From Ignavibacteriota bacterium (lineage in GTDB: Bacteria; Bacteroidota; Ignavibacteria; UBA10030; CAVZMI01), in contig CAVZMI010000020.1 of NCBI GenBank assembly GCA_963776275.1, positions 64,001-128,000 of the forward strand: a DNA stretch of 64,000 bases, read 5' to 3'. Positions 11,408 to 19,827 of this stretch are shown piece by piece (the first letter of the stretch is position 1; the number at the start of each line of letters is the position of its first letter). Both the position numbers and the translations under genes were made by a program. Below the pieces are notes generated by a model that saw nothing but the letters and a program-made list of their open reading frames with translations, searched no databases and was not told where the DNA came from.

Positions 11408-11833
11408 ATGAACGACTCACTCATACAGCAGATACGAAAGGAAGTGACATCACTAGGTGTGAAAGAACTGCGCACACCTGAAGAAGTGGATACAGTCATT
11501 CCTAATACACAAGGCACGATGCTTCTATTTGTTAACTCGGCTTGCAGATGTGCTGCCGGGGTGGCCAGACCGGGTCTGGCACGCGCACTTGACCATCCGG
11601 TCCGGCCCGATCATGTTGTCTCGGTTTTTGCAGGACTGGATATAGACGCGACAGCACGTGCACGGCACTATTTGGGGGACAAATCTTCTTCATCTCCCTC
11701 ATTCGCGCTTTTACGGGACGGAAAGCTTGTGAAGATGATCAGGCGTTTCCGGATCGAACGCCATACCCCCAATGAAATCGCGAAAGAACTCATTGAAGTA
11801 TTTGAACAGTATTGCAGTCCGGTGCAAAAGTAA
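11408..11833 (+). CDS. BrxA/BrxB (YphP/YqiW) family bacilliredoxin
   Basis: VNSACRCAAGVARP, VFAGLDIDATARAR and SSPSFAL motifs. The usual CGC active site reads CRC here. Confidence 0.88.
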   Translation: MNDSLIQQIRKEVTSLGVKELRTPEEVDTVIPNTQGTMLLFVNSACRCAAGVARPGLARALDHPVRPDHVVSVFAGLDIDATARARHYLGDKSSSSPSFALLRDGKLVKMIRRFRIERHTPNEIAKELIEVFEQYCSPVQK

Positions 11834-12010
11834 ATATACACGTGGTAGGGGGAAAAAGGAACTCTCAGATGAATATGTCTCGTTTTCCTCTTTTTCCCCC
11901 GCCAAAGTGTAACTTTTTTGTAAAAACCTTTGTTATGTAATATGAAACCGGGTTTTATTGATTGACCGGTAAATTTGTAACAGCTTCTTCAAACATACCT
12001 TAAAACACAG

Positions 12011-12056
12011 GGGAGAGAGAAAAAACTGCTGAAACGGTCTCTCTCCCTCCTTTTTT
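12011..12056 (+). terminator. Terminator-like hairpin in the leader of the aldolase-like gene
   Basis: gggagagaga/tctctctccc 10-bp stem plus T6, about 100 nt before the ATG at 12158. Confidence 0.6.
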
Positions 12057-12157
12057 ATCTCGAAAGCTATATAAAAACTAATAACCATTGCCCTTTTTTT
12101 ATTCAGTAGTTTTACGTATTATTATGGTTCGAGTTGATCATTGAAAAGGAGTCGGCA

Positions 12158-13120
12158 ATGTACAGGCCACAGATCACGGTCATTGATTGTACTATCCGCG
12201 ACGGCGGATTGATGAATAAATCCCAGTTCACGCTGGATTGCGTCCAGGCAGTTTACAAAGCCGCCTGTGAAGCAGGAATCCATATCGTGGAGTTGGGTTA
12301 CCGCAACAGCAGAAAAATGTTCGATCCGGCGGAATACGGCGCCTGGCGTTTCTGCGACGACGAGATGATTAAAAAGGTCGTGGGAGATAAAAAGTACCAA
12401 GACACAAAGATTGCAGTCATGATGGACGCTCATAAAAGTACCACCGATGATCTCCTCCCAAGGGATAAGAGTCTCGTGGATGTAATCCGGTGCGCAACGT
12501 ACGTGAAAGACATCGACAAATGTATCAAGATCGTCAACGACGCAAATGCGAAAGGGTATGAGACCACCATCAACATTATGTCCATATCCGCCGCACCGGA
12601 GAGGGAGCTTAACGAGGTACTTCAACAAATTAAGGAAGAGACCAAGATCAAGGCTTGCTATATCGTGGATAGTTACGGTAATTTGTATTCCGAAGATATT
12701 GATTACTTCGTCTCGAAATACCAGAAGTTCATGCCCGGCATCGAGGTCGGAGTCCATATGCACAACAACCAGCAACTCGCGTTCGCGAATACAATTGAGG
12801 GCATCATCCGTGGTGCAAATTATCTGGACGGAACTCTCTACGGTTTGGGGCGAGGTGCCGGTAATTGCTGTCTGGAGCTTCTGCTTGGATTCCTGAAAAA
12901 TCCCAAGTTCAATATACGGCCGATCCTTGATGTCATCGCGACCACTATTCTTCCACTGCAGAAGGGAATCTCCTGGGGCTATTCTGTCCCCTACATGATA
13001 ACAGGCATCATGAACAGGCATCCCGAGGAGGCCATCAAGCATATGGCGCTTCCTGAGAATGACCCGGCAAAATATAATTTTCGAGCCTTCTTTGAAAAAA
13101 TGCTGGATCAGGGACAATAG
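12158..13120 (+). CDS. HMGL-like (DRE-TIM) aldolase catalytic-domain protein, 4-hydroxy-2-oxovalerate aldolase-like
   Basis: DCTIRDGG, YIVDSYG, HMHNNQQLAFAN and GLGRGAGNC motifs; aaggag RBS before the ATG. Confidence 0.88.
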   Translation: MYRPQITVIDCTIRDGGLMNKSQFTLDCVQAVYKAACEAGIHIVELGYRNSRKMFDPAEYGAWRFCDDEMIKKVVGDKKYQDTKIAVMMDAHKSTTDDLLPRDKSLVDVIRCATYVKDIDKCIKIVNDANAKGYETTINIMSISAAPERELNEVLQQIKEETKIKACYIVDSYGNLYSEDIDYFVSKYQKFMPGIEVGVHMHNNQQLAFANTIEGIIRGANYLDGTLYGLGRGAGNCCLELLLGFLKNPKFNIRPILDVIATTILPLQKGISWGYSVPYMITGIMNRHPEEAIKHMALPENDPAKYNFRAFFEKMLDQGQ

Positions 13121-13303
13121 ACATCGTTAAAAATGGAAAAAAAGAATTAGACATATCAGCGGACAGCAAATCGATAGCTAATCTTGCCTCAGACTGCCGT
13201 TGTTTATTGGTTTTAGATTTCGTACCATTCATTTGTACTCCCAAACTGCACCCGGAGATCGAGGCTGAATTAAATTACATAGAAAATAACTAAAGGAGGC
13301 TTT

Positions 13304-14347
13304 ATGAAATGGATCAATGCTTGTTTGATATTTTTAGCTATAGGAACGGTCATTTTCTTCATGGGATGTAAGAAGGGCAGCGAAAGCAGTCCGGTTTCCT
13401 ATATCGACGGGTATACTGTCGACCTTACTGAAGGGAAAGGAACTACCTACACCGGCGATTTTTTCCCCATACGCGAAGGCTACATTTGCAATTATTCCGG
13501 CTCTGCAAAAGTATACGTTAAGATGGTGATTCCGGGGTATAATCCTATTGAGAATACTTCGGATGCGCCGGCAGTCGGCATGCTCAAGGTTCTTGCCCTG
13601 AGAAATATCCCTCTACCGAGTGGGACGATACCGCTCTACCCCATTGTCGATATGACAGACATGTCGGGACAGGTAGTGAATGACACCAGCCGTTTCTTCA
13701 TGAAAGACACGCAGGCTGTATATGTCAAGGCACTGAGATTAAGCAACGGAGAGTATATGGAAGTGAGTAATCCCCTTTATATAAAATCTCGTCTTGTTGT
13801 CGGTGATTCTTGGGAAACAGCTCCCCGGTTGGATATGACAAAACTTATTGCAAGTGAAACCGGCGATAATGGAACCATATCAAATGTCACTCTCGATGCG
13901 AGAGCAAAATTCTTTGTTGTCGGCAAGGAAAATATTTCTCTGCCGATCGGAACACGTAATGCAATGAGAATGGAACAGGCAAACGATATTTCTATGACCG
14001 GTACGATTATCTCGGAAGGTACGACAATCGACATGAATATGACCGCACAATTGGCAACCGTATACCATCTGATTCCAGACACAGGCATTGTACACCAGAA
14101 TACAACCGGCCCACTAGAGATGAAGTTGACCGCAGAAGGACAGACCGTCACCGTCACAATCAATATCAATCAGTGCGAGCTGAAGCTCACGGGGCTGGGC
14201 GGAGACCTCAACGCCAATATCTATTCAGGTCTCGGTAAGAGTACAATTTCTAAGGGATTGCCGTCATTCAATACACCGATCCAAGAGAAGTTGTGGAAAA
14301 TATCTCAGGCGATTGCACGGACGCTAACGAAGAATCTGAGTCTATAG
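13304..14347 (+). CDS. Hypothetical lipoprotein
   Basis: aaggagg RBS; lipobox-like FMGC; beta-rich 347-aa ORF. Confidence 0.75.
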   Translation: MKWINACLIFLAIGTVIFFMGCKKGSESSPVSYIDGYTVDLTEGKGTTYTGDFFPIREGYICNYSGSAKVYVKMVIPGYNPIENTSDAPAVGMLKVLALRNIPLPSGTIPLYPIVDMTDMSGQVVNDTSRFFMKDTQAVYVKALRLSNGEYMEVSNPLYIKSRLVVGDSWETAPRLDMTKLIASETGDNGTISNVTLDARAKFFVVGKENISLPIGTRNAMRMEQANDISMTGTIISEGTTIDMNMTAQLATVYHLIPDTGIVHQNTTGPLEMKLTAEGQTVTVTININQCELKLTGLGGDLNANIYSGLGKSTISKGLPSFNTPIQEKLWKISQAIARTLTKNLSL

Positions 14348-14416
14348 AGGTCATCCCGGCACAGAACAGTCTTTGAACCATGATGGACACAATAATTATC
14401 ATAGAAAGAGAATATA

Positions 14417-15037
14417 ATGAATACACTCTCGATGACCGAGAACAAAGTCCTGATGTCACAGGCACGTGAATCACTCCGCGGTAAGTGGGGATTGGCGGTT
14501 GGAACGTTCGTCGTATATGTGGCCATAGCGATAGTAATTAATATTATTCCCTTCCTGGGAATAATTCTTTCGATCTTTATTATCAGTCCGCTGGTTTTCG
14601 GTATCACGATGTTTTCCTTAGCTATTTCCAGAAACCAGAATGCGGAATTCTCTCAACTTTTCAAAGGATTTGAAAAGTACGGCACATGCGTGGGTGCATA
14701 CCTGCTTCAATTCATTTTCGTTTTTCTCTGGACGCTGCTTCTTATTATTCCCGGGATCATCGCGGCGCTATCGTATGCTCTTACGTTTTTCATTATTATC
14801 GATAATAATTCCATCGTACCTCTGGAAGCAATCACGAAGAGTAAAGAAATGATGCGTGGTAACAAAGGGAAACTTTTTTGCTTATATTTTCGATTTTTGG
14901 GATGGGGCATACTGTGCATCTTTACGCTCGGTATAGGTATGTTATGGCTCGCTCCGTATATGATGGTAAGTGCTGCAAAATTTTATGATGATGTGAAAGC
15001 CCAGCAACCTGTTCCATTACAGGCGGCCGCCGGTTAA
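14417..15037 (+). CDS. DUF975 family membrane protein
   Basis: ARESLRGKW, LWTLLLIIPGII, SKEMMRGNK and LWLAPY...FYDD motifs. Confidence 0.9.
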   Translation: MNTLSMTENKVLMSQARESLRGKWGLAVGTFVVYVAIAIVINIIPFLGIILSIFIISPLVFGITMFSLAISRNQNAEFSQLFKGFEKYGTCVGAYLLQFIFVFLWTLLLIIPGIIAALSYALTFFIIIDNNSIVPLEAITKSKEMMRGNKGKLFCLYFRFLGWGILCIFTLGIGMLWLAPYMMVSAAKFYDDVKAQQPVPLQAAAG

Positions 15038-15162
15038 CGACTCGCTTTTAATTATGGTGAGCGTCTGTGTCGTCGTGATATCGGATCTTTCCGGAAAAGA
15101 ATTGGAAGCCGTTTTGACTACGTCCGGATATTCTAAAAATGTGGATATTGGAGTATCAATTG

Positions 15163-16212
15163 ATGAAACGGTTTTTCCGAAACATATTTCTTCTCCTCTT
15201 AACGTTCGCACTGTTGAACACGATGATTTACTCCACACAGCTGATCCCGGCCGATAATACATCAATACAATATTTTGGAAGATGGGATTTCTCCGATTCT
15301 CTTCACCCGAGGCACTCATGGCCGGGTGTCTATCTATTTGCGGAATTCACCGGAAAGCGCATCGGCGTTCGAATATCAGATCATATAAACTATTATAATG
15401 TTTATATCGACGGCAGACTTCATACTGTCCTTCACGGAAATAAAACTGGCGAGGCAGATTACATACTCGCCGATAGTCTTGAAGACACACATCACACATT
15501 TCTCCTGAGCAAACGCAACATTGCATTCGATGCTGTTTTCTCTTTATCGGGGTTGTTGCTTGACGACGGTGAAATACTCCTTCCGCCTCCACCGAAACCG
15601 ACGAGGAAAATTGAATTCATCGGAGATTCGTTCACTGCCGCCGAGAGTAACGAGGCGACCGTGCAACAATTGGCGTGGGAAGATCGATTTCCCGTAACGA
15701 ATATTGACAAGGGATTTGCACCGGTTATTGCCCGGCATTATAACGCACAATATCAAACTATCTGCCGGTCGGGCATCGGCATGGTGTGCGATTGGCAGGG
15801 AAAGACCGACCATACAATGCCGATGATATTCGACCGTACATTGATGGAGGTGCCGGAACCAAAATGGGATTTCTCACGATGGATTCCCGATCTCGTTGTA
15901 GTCTCCCTTGGCCTTAACGACTTCTCCGGACTCAAAGACAAGAATGGAAATGTGTCGGAAGAAAAGTCCGCATTCTTTCGAAAAGGGTATCATGATTTTT
16001 TAGCGACGTTACGTGCGGTTTACCCCGGCGTCAGAATACTTGCCGTCCCCCCTTTTCCCGAATGGACTCGCATGAACGTCCGGCAGGTCGTCGCTGAAGA
16101 AAAACAAAACGGCAAGAAAGACATCTCTTATGCGCAGTATGATGAATTCCCGGGCGGATATGTTGCCAATGGGCATCCGACCGTGGAAACACATCAGAAA
16201 ATGGCAAATTAA
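15163..16212 (+). CDS. CE2-like SGNH/GDSL carbohydrate esterase, possibly truncated by a TAA (frame stays open to 16260)
   Basis: YFGRW, KIEFIGDSFT, SGIG, LGLND and GHPT motifs; signal peptide. Confidence 0.88.
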   Translation: MKRFFRNIFLLLLTFALLNTMIYSTQLIPADNTSIQYFGRWDFSDSLHPRHSWPGVYLFAEFTGKRIGVRISDHINYYNVYIDGRLHTVLHGNKTGEADYILADSLEDTHHTFLLSKRNIAFDAVFSLSGLLLDDGEILLPPPPKPTRKIEFIGDSFTAAESNEATVQQLAWEDRFPVTNIDKGFAPVIARHYNAQYQTICRSGIGMVCDWQGKTDHTMPMIFDRTLMEVPEPKWDFSRWIPDLVVVSLGLNDFSGLKDKNGNVSEEKSAFFRKGYHDFLATLRAVYPGVRILAVPPFPEWTRMNVRQVVAEEKQNGKKDISYAQYDEFPGGYVANGHPTVETHQKMAN

Positions 16213-16441
16213 ATAATCACGGCTATCGATTCGTTGAACATTTTCCCCAATCAAAATTGATATTTCTATAACTTTTTATTATGCACAAATCGTAATAAGA
16301 GCGCGGGAGGCTGAAGCGTTTGCAGAACTGGCTTCAGCCCATGTGCTGTTTTGAAGAATTCATAGTGGCTGCAGGGAAAAAATAATACTTCGTGATCGAA
16401 ACAGCTGCCCGGCCGGAAGCAATCCCATAAATCGGGAGTTT

Positions 16442-17437
16442 TTGATGTTTAACAACTGGATCAATCCTTACGAAATAGGCCATCTTATCAGAAGGATCCG
16501 GCGCGAACCACAGGTTGTTTTAAAAATAATCACAAGGCTCCCATTTCCTAAATCTCGGAAAGTAAAGGCGACCTGGGCACACACCCAAAGCCCGCCGACA
16601 AACTGGTGGGATGTGCCCGCTGTCAGGAAACGTTGGAACCGCCTTATTTCGGGCGATAGCCAAATCGATAGTTATGAATACATGTGCCGGAAGTATTGGG
16701 CTCATAAAAAATCATTACGTGCTTTAGTCCTTGGATGCGGTGAAGGTTCAAGAGTACTGCGATGGGCTGAAACGCATAAATTTGATTGTATCGATGCGTA
16801 TGATCTCTCGGAAAGCCGAATCCAGAGCGCGGTTGATCTCGCCGGTAAAAAGGGATATGGTAATGTTATTAATTTTTATGTCGAAGACGTTTTTAAAATT
16901 AAGGCACCGGAAAATTTTTATAATGTGATAATATGCGAGGGATCCTTGCACCATTTCTCACCCCTCGATACAATCCTATCCAGGGTGAATTACTTTCTCA
17001 AACCCGACGGGGATTTTGTTGTCAATGAATTCGTAGGCCCGACACGATTTCAATGGACAAATAGGCAGATGGAAATTGTAAATGCACTTTTAGCAATTTT
17101 CCCGACCCAATATAAAACGTTATGGAACAGCCGCTACACCAAACTTGAGCTGATCAGGCCCGGCAAACTGAGTATGATTTTAAAAGATCCGTCAGAGGCG
17201 ATCGAATCATCAAGGATATTACCTCTTTTGAAAAATATTTTTAATGTGGTAGAAATTAAGGGATATGGTGGAACAATCCTGCATCTTTTACTTAGCGGTA
17301 TTGCTCATCATTTTTTATCATCCGATGCCGAAGGACAGCGCTTATTGGATATTTGTTTTGTCATTGAAGATATGTCGTTAGAAAGCGGAGAGATTCAAGA
17401 TGATTTCGTTTTTGCGGTCTGCAAAAAACGCTTATAG
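16442..17437 (+). CDS. Class I SAM-dependent methyltransferase
   Basis: LVLGCGEG motif I, AYDLS, SLHHF, NEFVGP and DPSEAI motifs. Confidence 0.88.
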   Translation: MMFNNWINPYEIGHLIRRIRREPQVVLKIITRLPFPKSRKVKATWAHTQSPPTNWWDVPAVRKRWNRLISGDSQIDSYEYMCRKYWAHKKSLRALVLGCGEGSRVLRWAETHKFDCIDAYDLSESRIQSAVDLAGKKGYGNVINFYVEDVFKIKAPENFYNVIICEGSLHHFSPLDTILSRVNYFLKPDGDFVVNEFVGPTRFQWTNRQMEIVNALLAIFPTQYKTLWNSRYTKLELIRPGKLSMILKDPSEAIESSRILPLLKNIFNVVEIKGYGGTILHLLLSGIAHHFLSSDAEGQRLLDICFVIEDMSLESGEIQDDFVFAVCKKRL

Positions 17438-17516
17438 GTGGTGGAAGATCAATTTAATGGACTTAAATCAATGTCGGCGATCTAAACGGGATGAATAAAA
17501 GAAAGGAAATCCTGTC

Positions 17517-19319
17517 ATGGAAGTCTTTAACTCGGTTAAGCAGGGGGGCAAGGATCTGGTAAGTGTAAGAGCATACAAGGGGGATGCTACGACTTTATTG
17601 GCTTTTGACCTGGATCAGTCGCTGCTTGAAAACTTTGTGGGGTTCAGCGTACGTGTGACTCAGGGAAACCGGGAACCTTATCCCCTGACAAACAAGCTAT
17701 CCTTCGCGCCGGCGATTCTGAAAAAAAACGGAATTGACGACAGAGAAAAACTCAGCACGGTCTATTCTCCTTATCAGAAATTCAGATGGGTGCATGTGCC
17801 TTCTTCGGAACATTATATCGACAATCCATATTTTGGACCGTATACATACGAAGTAACGCCACGTTACCTGGTTAATGATATTTTGAAAGAACCGGACCCC
17901 AACCTCACCGTGAGTGTGACAATTGATGTGAGTCCTTTTCGCGACGGTGAAATTCAGGTGGGGTTTACACGCGCATTCATATCATCGCAGGCATACGCAT
18001 ACCACTTTGCGAACAACGGCAAGGTAAGGCCAAATAAAACGGATTTGATTTTCGATATCAAAAAAATCTCGGGTACGGCAAAACGATGGAATCCACAAAG
18101 CAAAAAGGAGGAAGACACACCATACACGTACGAGGAACAACACGAGTACCTCGGCTGGCAGGCACGCGACCGTGTGATGGAATTCCTGGATGAAACATTG
18201 AACAACAACGAGCTTAAGCTGGATGTGTTTGCTTTCGACCTGGATGAACCGGTCGTCGTTCAGAAACTTATTGAGCTGGCCAAACAGGGTCGCTTGCGCA
18301 TCATCCTTGATGATTCCAAAGATCATGTGAAAACAGGATGCTCCGAAGAACAGTTTCAGAAACTATTTGAAAAAGAATCTAAGGACGCCAATGCTATTGT
18401 CAGAGGACACTATCAAAGCCTCTCCCACAGTAAAGTGTTTATCCAGCGTTCCGTCGCCAACGCGGTGAAAGTTCTGACGGGCTCCACAAACTTTACGACG
18501 AACGGCATGTACATCAATGCCAACCATGTAATCATATTCAACAACAAAAATACCGCACAATTATATGCGGATGTATTTGATGCGTCGTTTAGCAAACAGC
18601 TGATGGGCGACTTTAATAAAACAAAATTTTCCAAGACCGATTTTCTTGTTGCAGAACAACAGCTGCCTGACATGACCATTCGTTTTTCACCTCATCCCAA
18701 AGCAGCGGCCGATAAATCTTTTGGTTCCATCAGTAAGCGAATAAAGGGGGCAAAAACCGACGTGCTGTTTGCGATTATGAACGACCGCAGTAAAAGCGAT
18801 ATACTCGATGCCGTACGTGAACAGGTAAAAAGTGATAAGGTTTTCACGTACGGTATAACAGATACCGCTACGGATGTAACATTATATAAACCAAACAGCA
18901 AGCGCGGTGTGCGGGTGGCGGGCAAAGGTACTGAAACCGCCCTGCCGCCTCCGTTTAATGCAGTCGCGAAAATACCTGGAATTAGTATCCATCACAAATT
19001 CATCGTGGTTGATTTTAAAGGAATGAACAGCGTCGTGTACTGCGGCTCGAGCAACCTTGCATATGGTCCCGAACAGAAAAATGGCGATAATCTCCTAGAG
19101 ATCCGGGATGAAGATGTAGTAACCGCGTTTGCCGTAGAAGCTATACGGCTGGTCGATCATTTCCACTGGCGCAATAAGAAAGAGAAAGCTAATAAGAAAA
19201 AAGAGCCTCTGTACCTTAACGATAACAAGGATCCGAAGAAGATTTGGTATAAGAGTTATTATAATAGTGACGACTTGCTGTACCTTGAACGCACCCTGCT
19301 CATTAATCCGAAAAAATAG
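17517..19319 (+). CDS. Phospholipase D-superfamily protein (two HKD-type domains, Nuc-like)
   Basis: HSKVFI...GSTNFT and HHKFIVVD...GSSNLA motifs; no signal peptide. Confidence 0.88.
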   Translation: MEVFNSVKQGGKDLVSVRAYKGDATTLLAFDLDQSLLENFVGFSVRVTQGNREPYPLTNKLSFAPAILKKNGIDDREKLSTVYSPYQKFRWVHVPSSEHYIDNPYFGPYTYEVTPRYLVNDILKEPDPNLTVSVTIDVSPFRDGEIQVGFTRAFISSQAYAYHFANNGKVRPNKTDLIFDIKKISGTAKRWNPQSKKEEDTPYTYEEQHEYLGWQARDRVMEFLDETLNNNELKLDVFAFDLDEPVVVQKLIELAKQGRLRIILDDSKDHVKTGCSEEQFQKLFEKESKDANAIVRGHYQSLSHSKVFIQRSVANAVKVLTGSTNFTTNGMYINANHVIIFNNKNTAQLYADVFDASFSKQLMGDFNKTKFSKTDFLVAEQQLPDMTIRFSPHPKAAADKSFGSISKRIKGAKTDVLFAIMNDRSKSDILDAVREQVKSDKVFTYGITDTATDVTLYKPNSKRGVRVAGKGTETALPPPFNAVAKIPGISIHHKFIVVDFKGMNSVVYCGSSNLAYGPEQKNGDNLLEIRDEDVVTAFAVEAIRLVDHFHWRNKKEKANKKKEPLYLNDNKDPKKIWYKSYYNSDDLLYLERTLLINPKK

Positions 19320-19373
19320 AGTAATCGGTGCAAGGATGTGAAGGTTTATCGTACTGTATAGGTATTTTAAGGA

Positions 19374-19480
19374 GGCTCTTCTCCCAACTGAGTGAGTAAA
19401 AAAGTGATAGTTAGAGCTCATATTTTAGGCATCTGGCTTCCTGTGTTAAACGTTACCGGTTACTTGAGAAAGAGAAGAAC
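19374..19480. repeat. ~110-nt direct repeat, copy 1 (MITE-like or structured RNA)
   Basis: Aligns end to end with 19647-19758. Confidence 0.75.
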
Positions 19481-19501
19481 AAATTAATATTTTACTTTTT
19501 C

Positions 19502-19638
19502 AATGTTGCCTCGACTCGCTTTCTAATATGCTTTCTATATCCGCTCGGCACCCTGGCTGTTGATAATTTAAAGTTTCAATAGCCAGTTCCCCGAGCGGAC
19601 TTAAACAGCTATTTCAACAGCTAGTCGAGGGGAACATT
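19502..19638. repeat. Long imperfect hairpin related to the GAGC..GTCGA palindrome family
   Basis: Nested stems cctcgact/agtcgagg, tccgctcgg/ccgagcgga and ctggctgttga/tcaatagccag. Confidence 0.7.
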
Positions 19639-19646
19639 ATTAAAAG

Positions 19647-19758
19647 GGCTCTTCTCCTAACTGAGTGAGTAAAAAAAGCGATAGTTAGAGCTCATATTTT
19701 AAGCAACCGGCTTCCAGTGCTAAATATAACCGTTACCCACTTGAGAAGGAGAAGAGCC
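19647..19758. repeat. ~110-nt direct repeat, copy 2, with perfect 12-bp terminal inverted repeats
   Basis: ggctcttctcct ... aggagaagagcc. Confidence 0.75.
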
Positions 19759-19759
19759 T

Positions 19760-19798
19760 AAAAAAGAATCCCGCTCGTTTGAGCGGGATTCTTTTTTT
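19760..19798. terminator. Bidirectional rho-independent terminator
   Basis: A-tract, gaatcccgctc/gagcgggattc stem, then T-tract, just past the chemoreceptor stop. Confidence 0.9.
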
Positions 19799-19827
19799 GG
19801 GAAAGCGATTGAATTCAATGGATCAGA

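Noticed and set aside
12122-13117. 331-aa antisense ORF
   Set aside because: Shadow of the aldolase-like gene on the opposite strand; no motifs or RBS.
19374-19758. Retron msr-msd interpretation of the inverted-repeat-bounded units
   Set aside because: No reverse transcriptase in the window.
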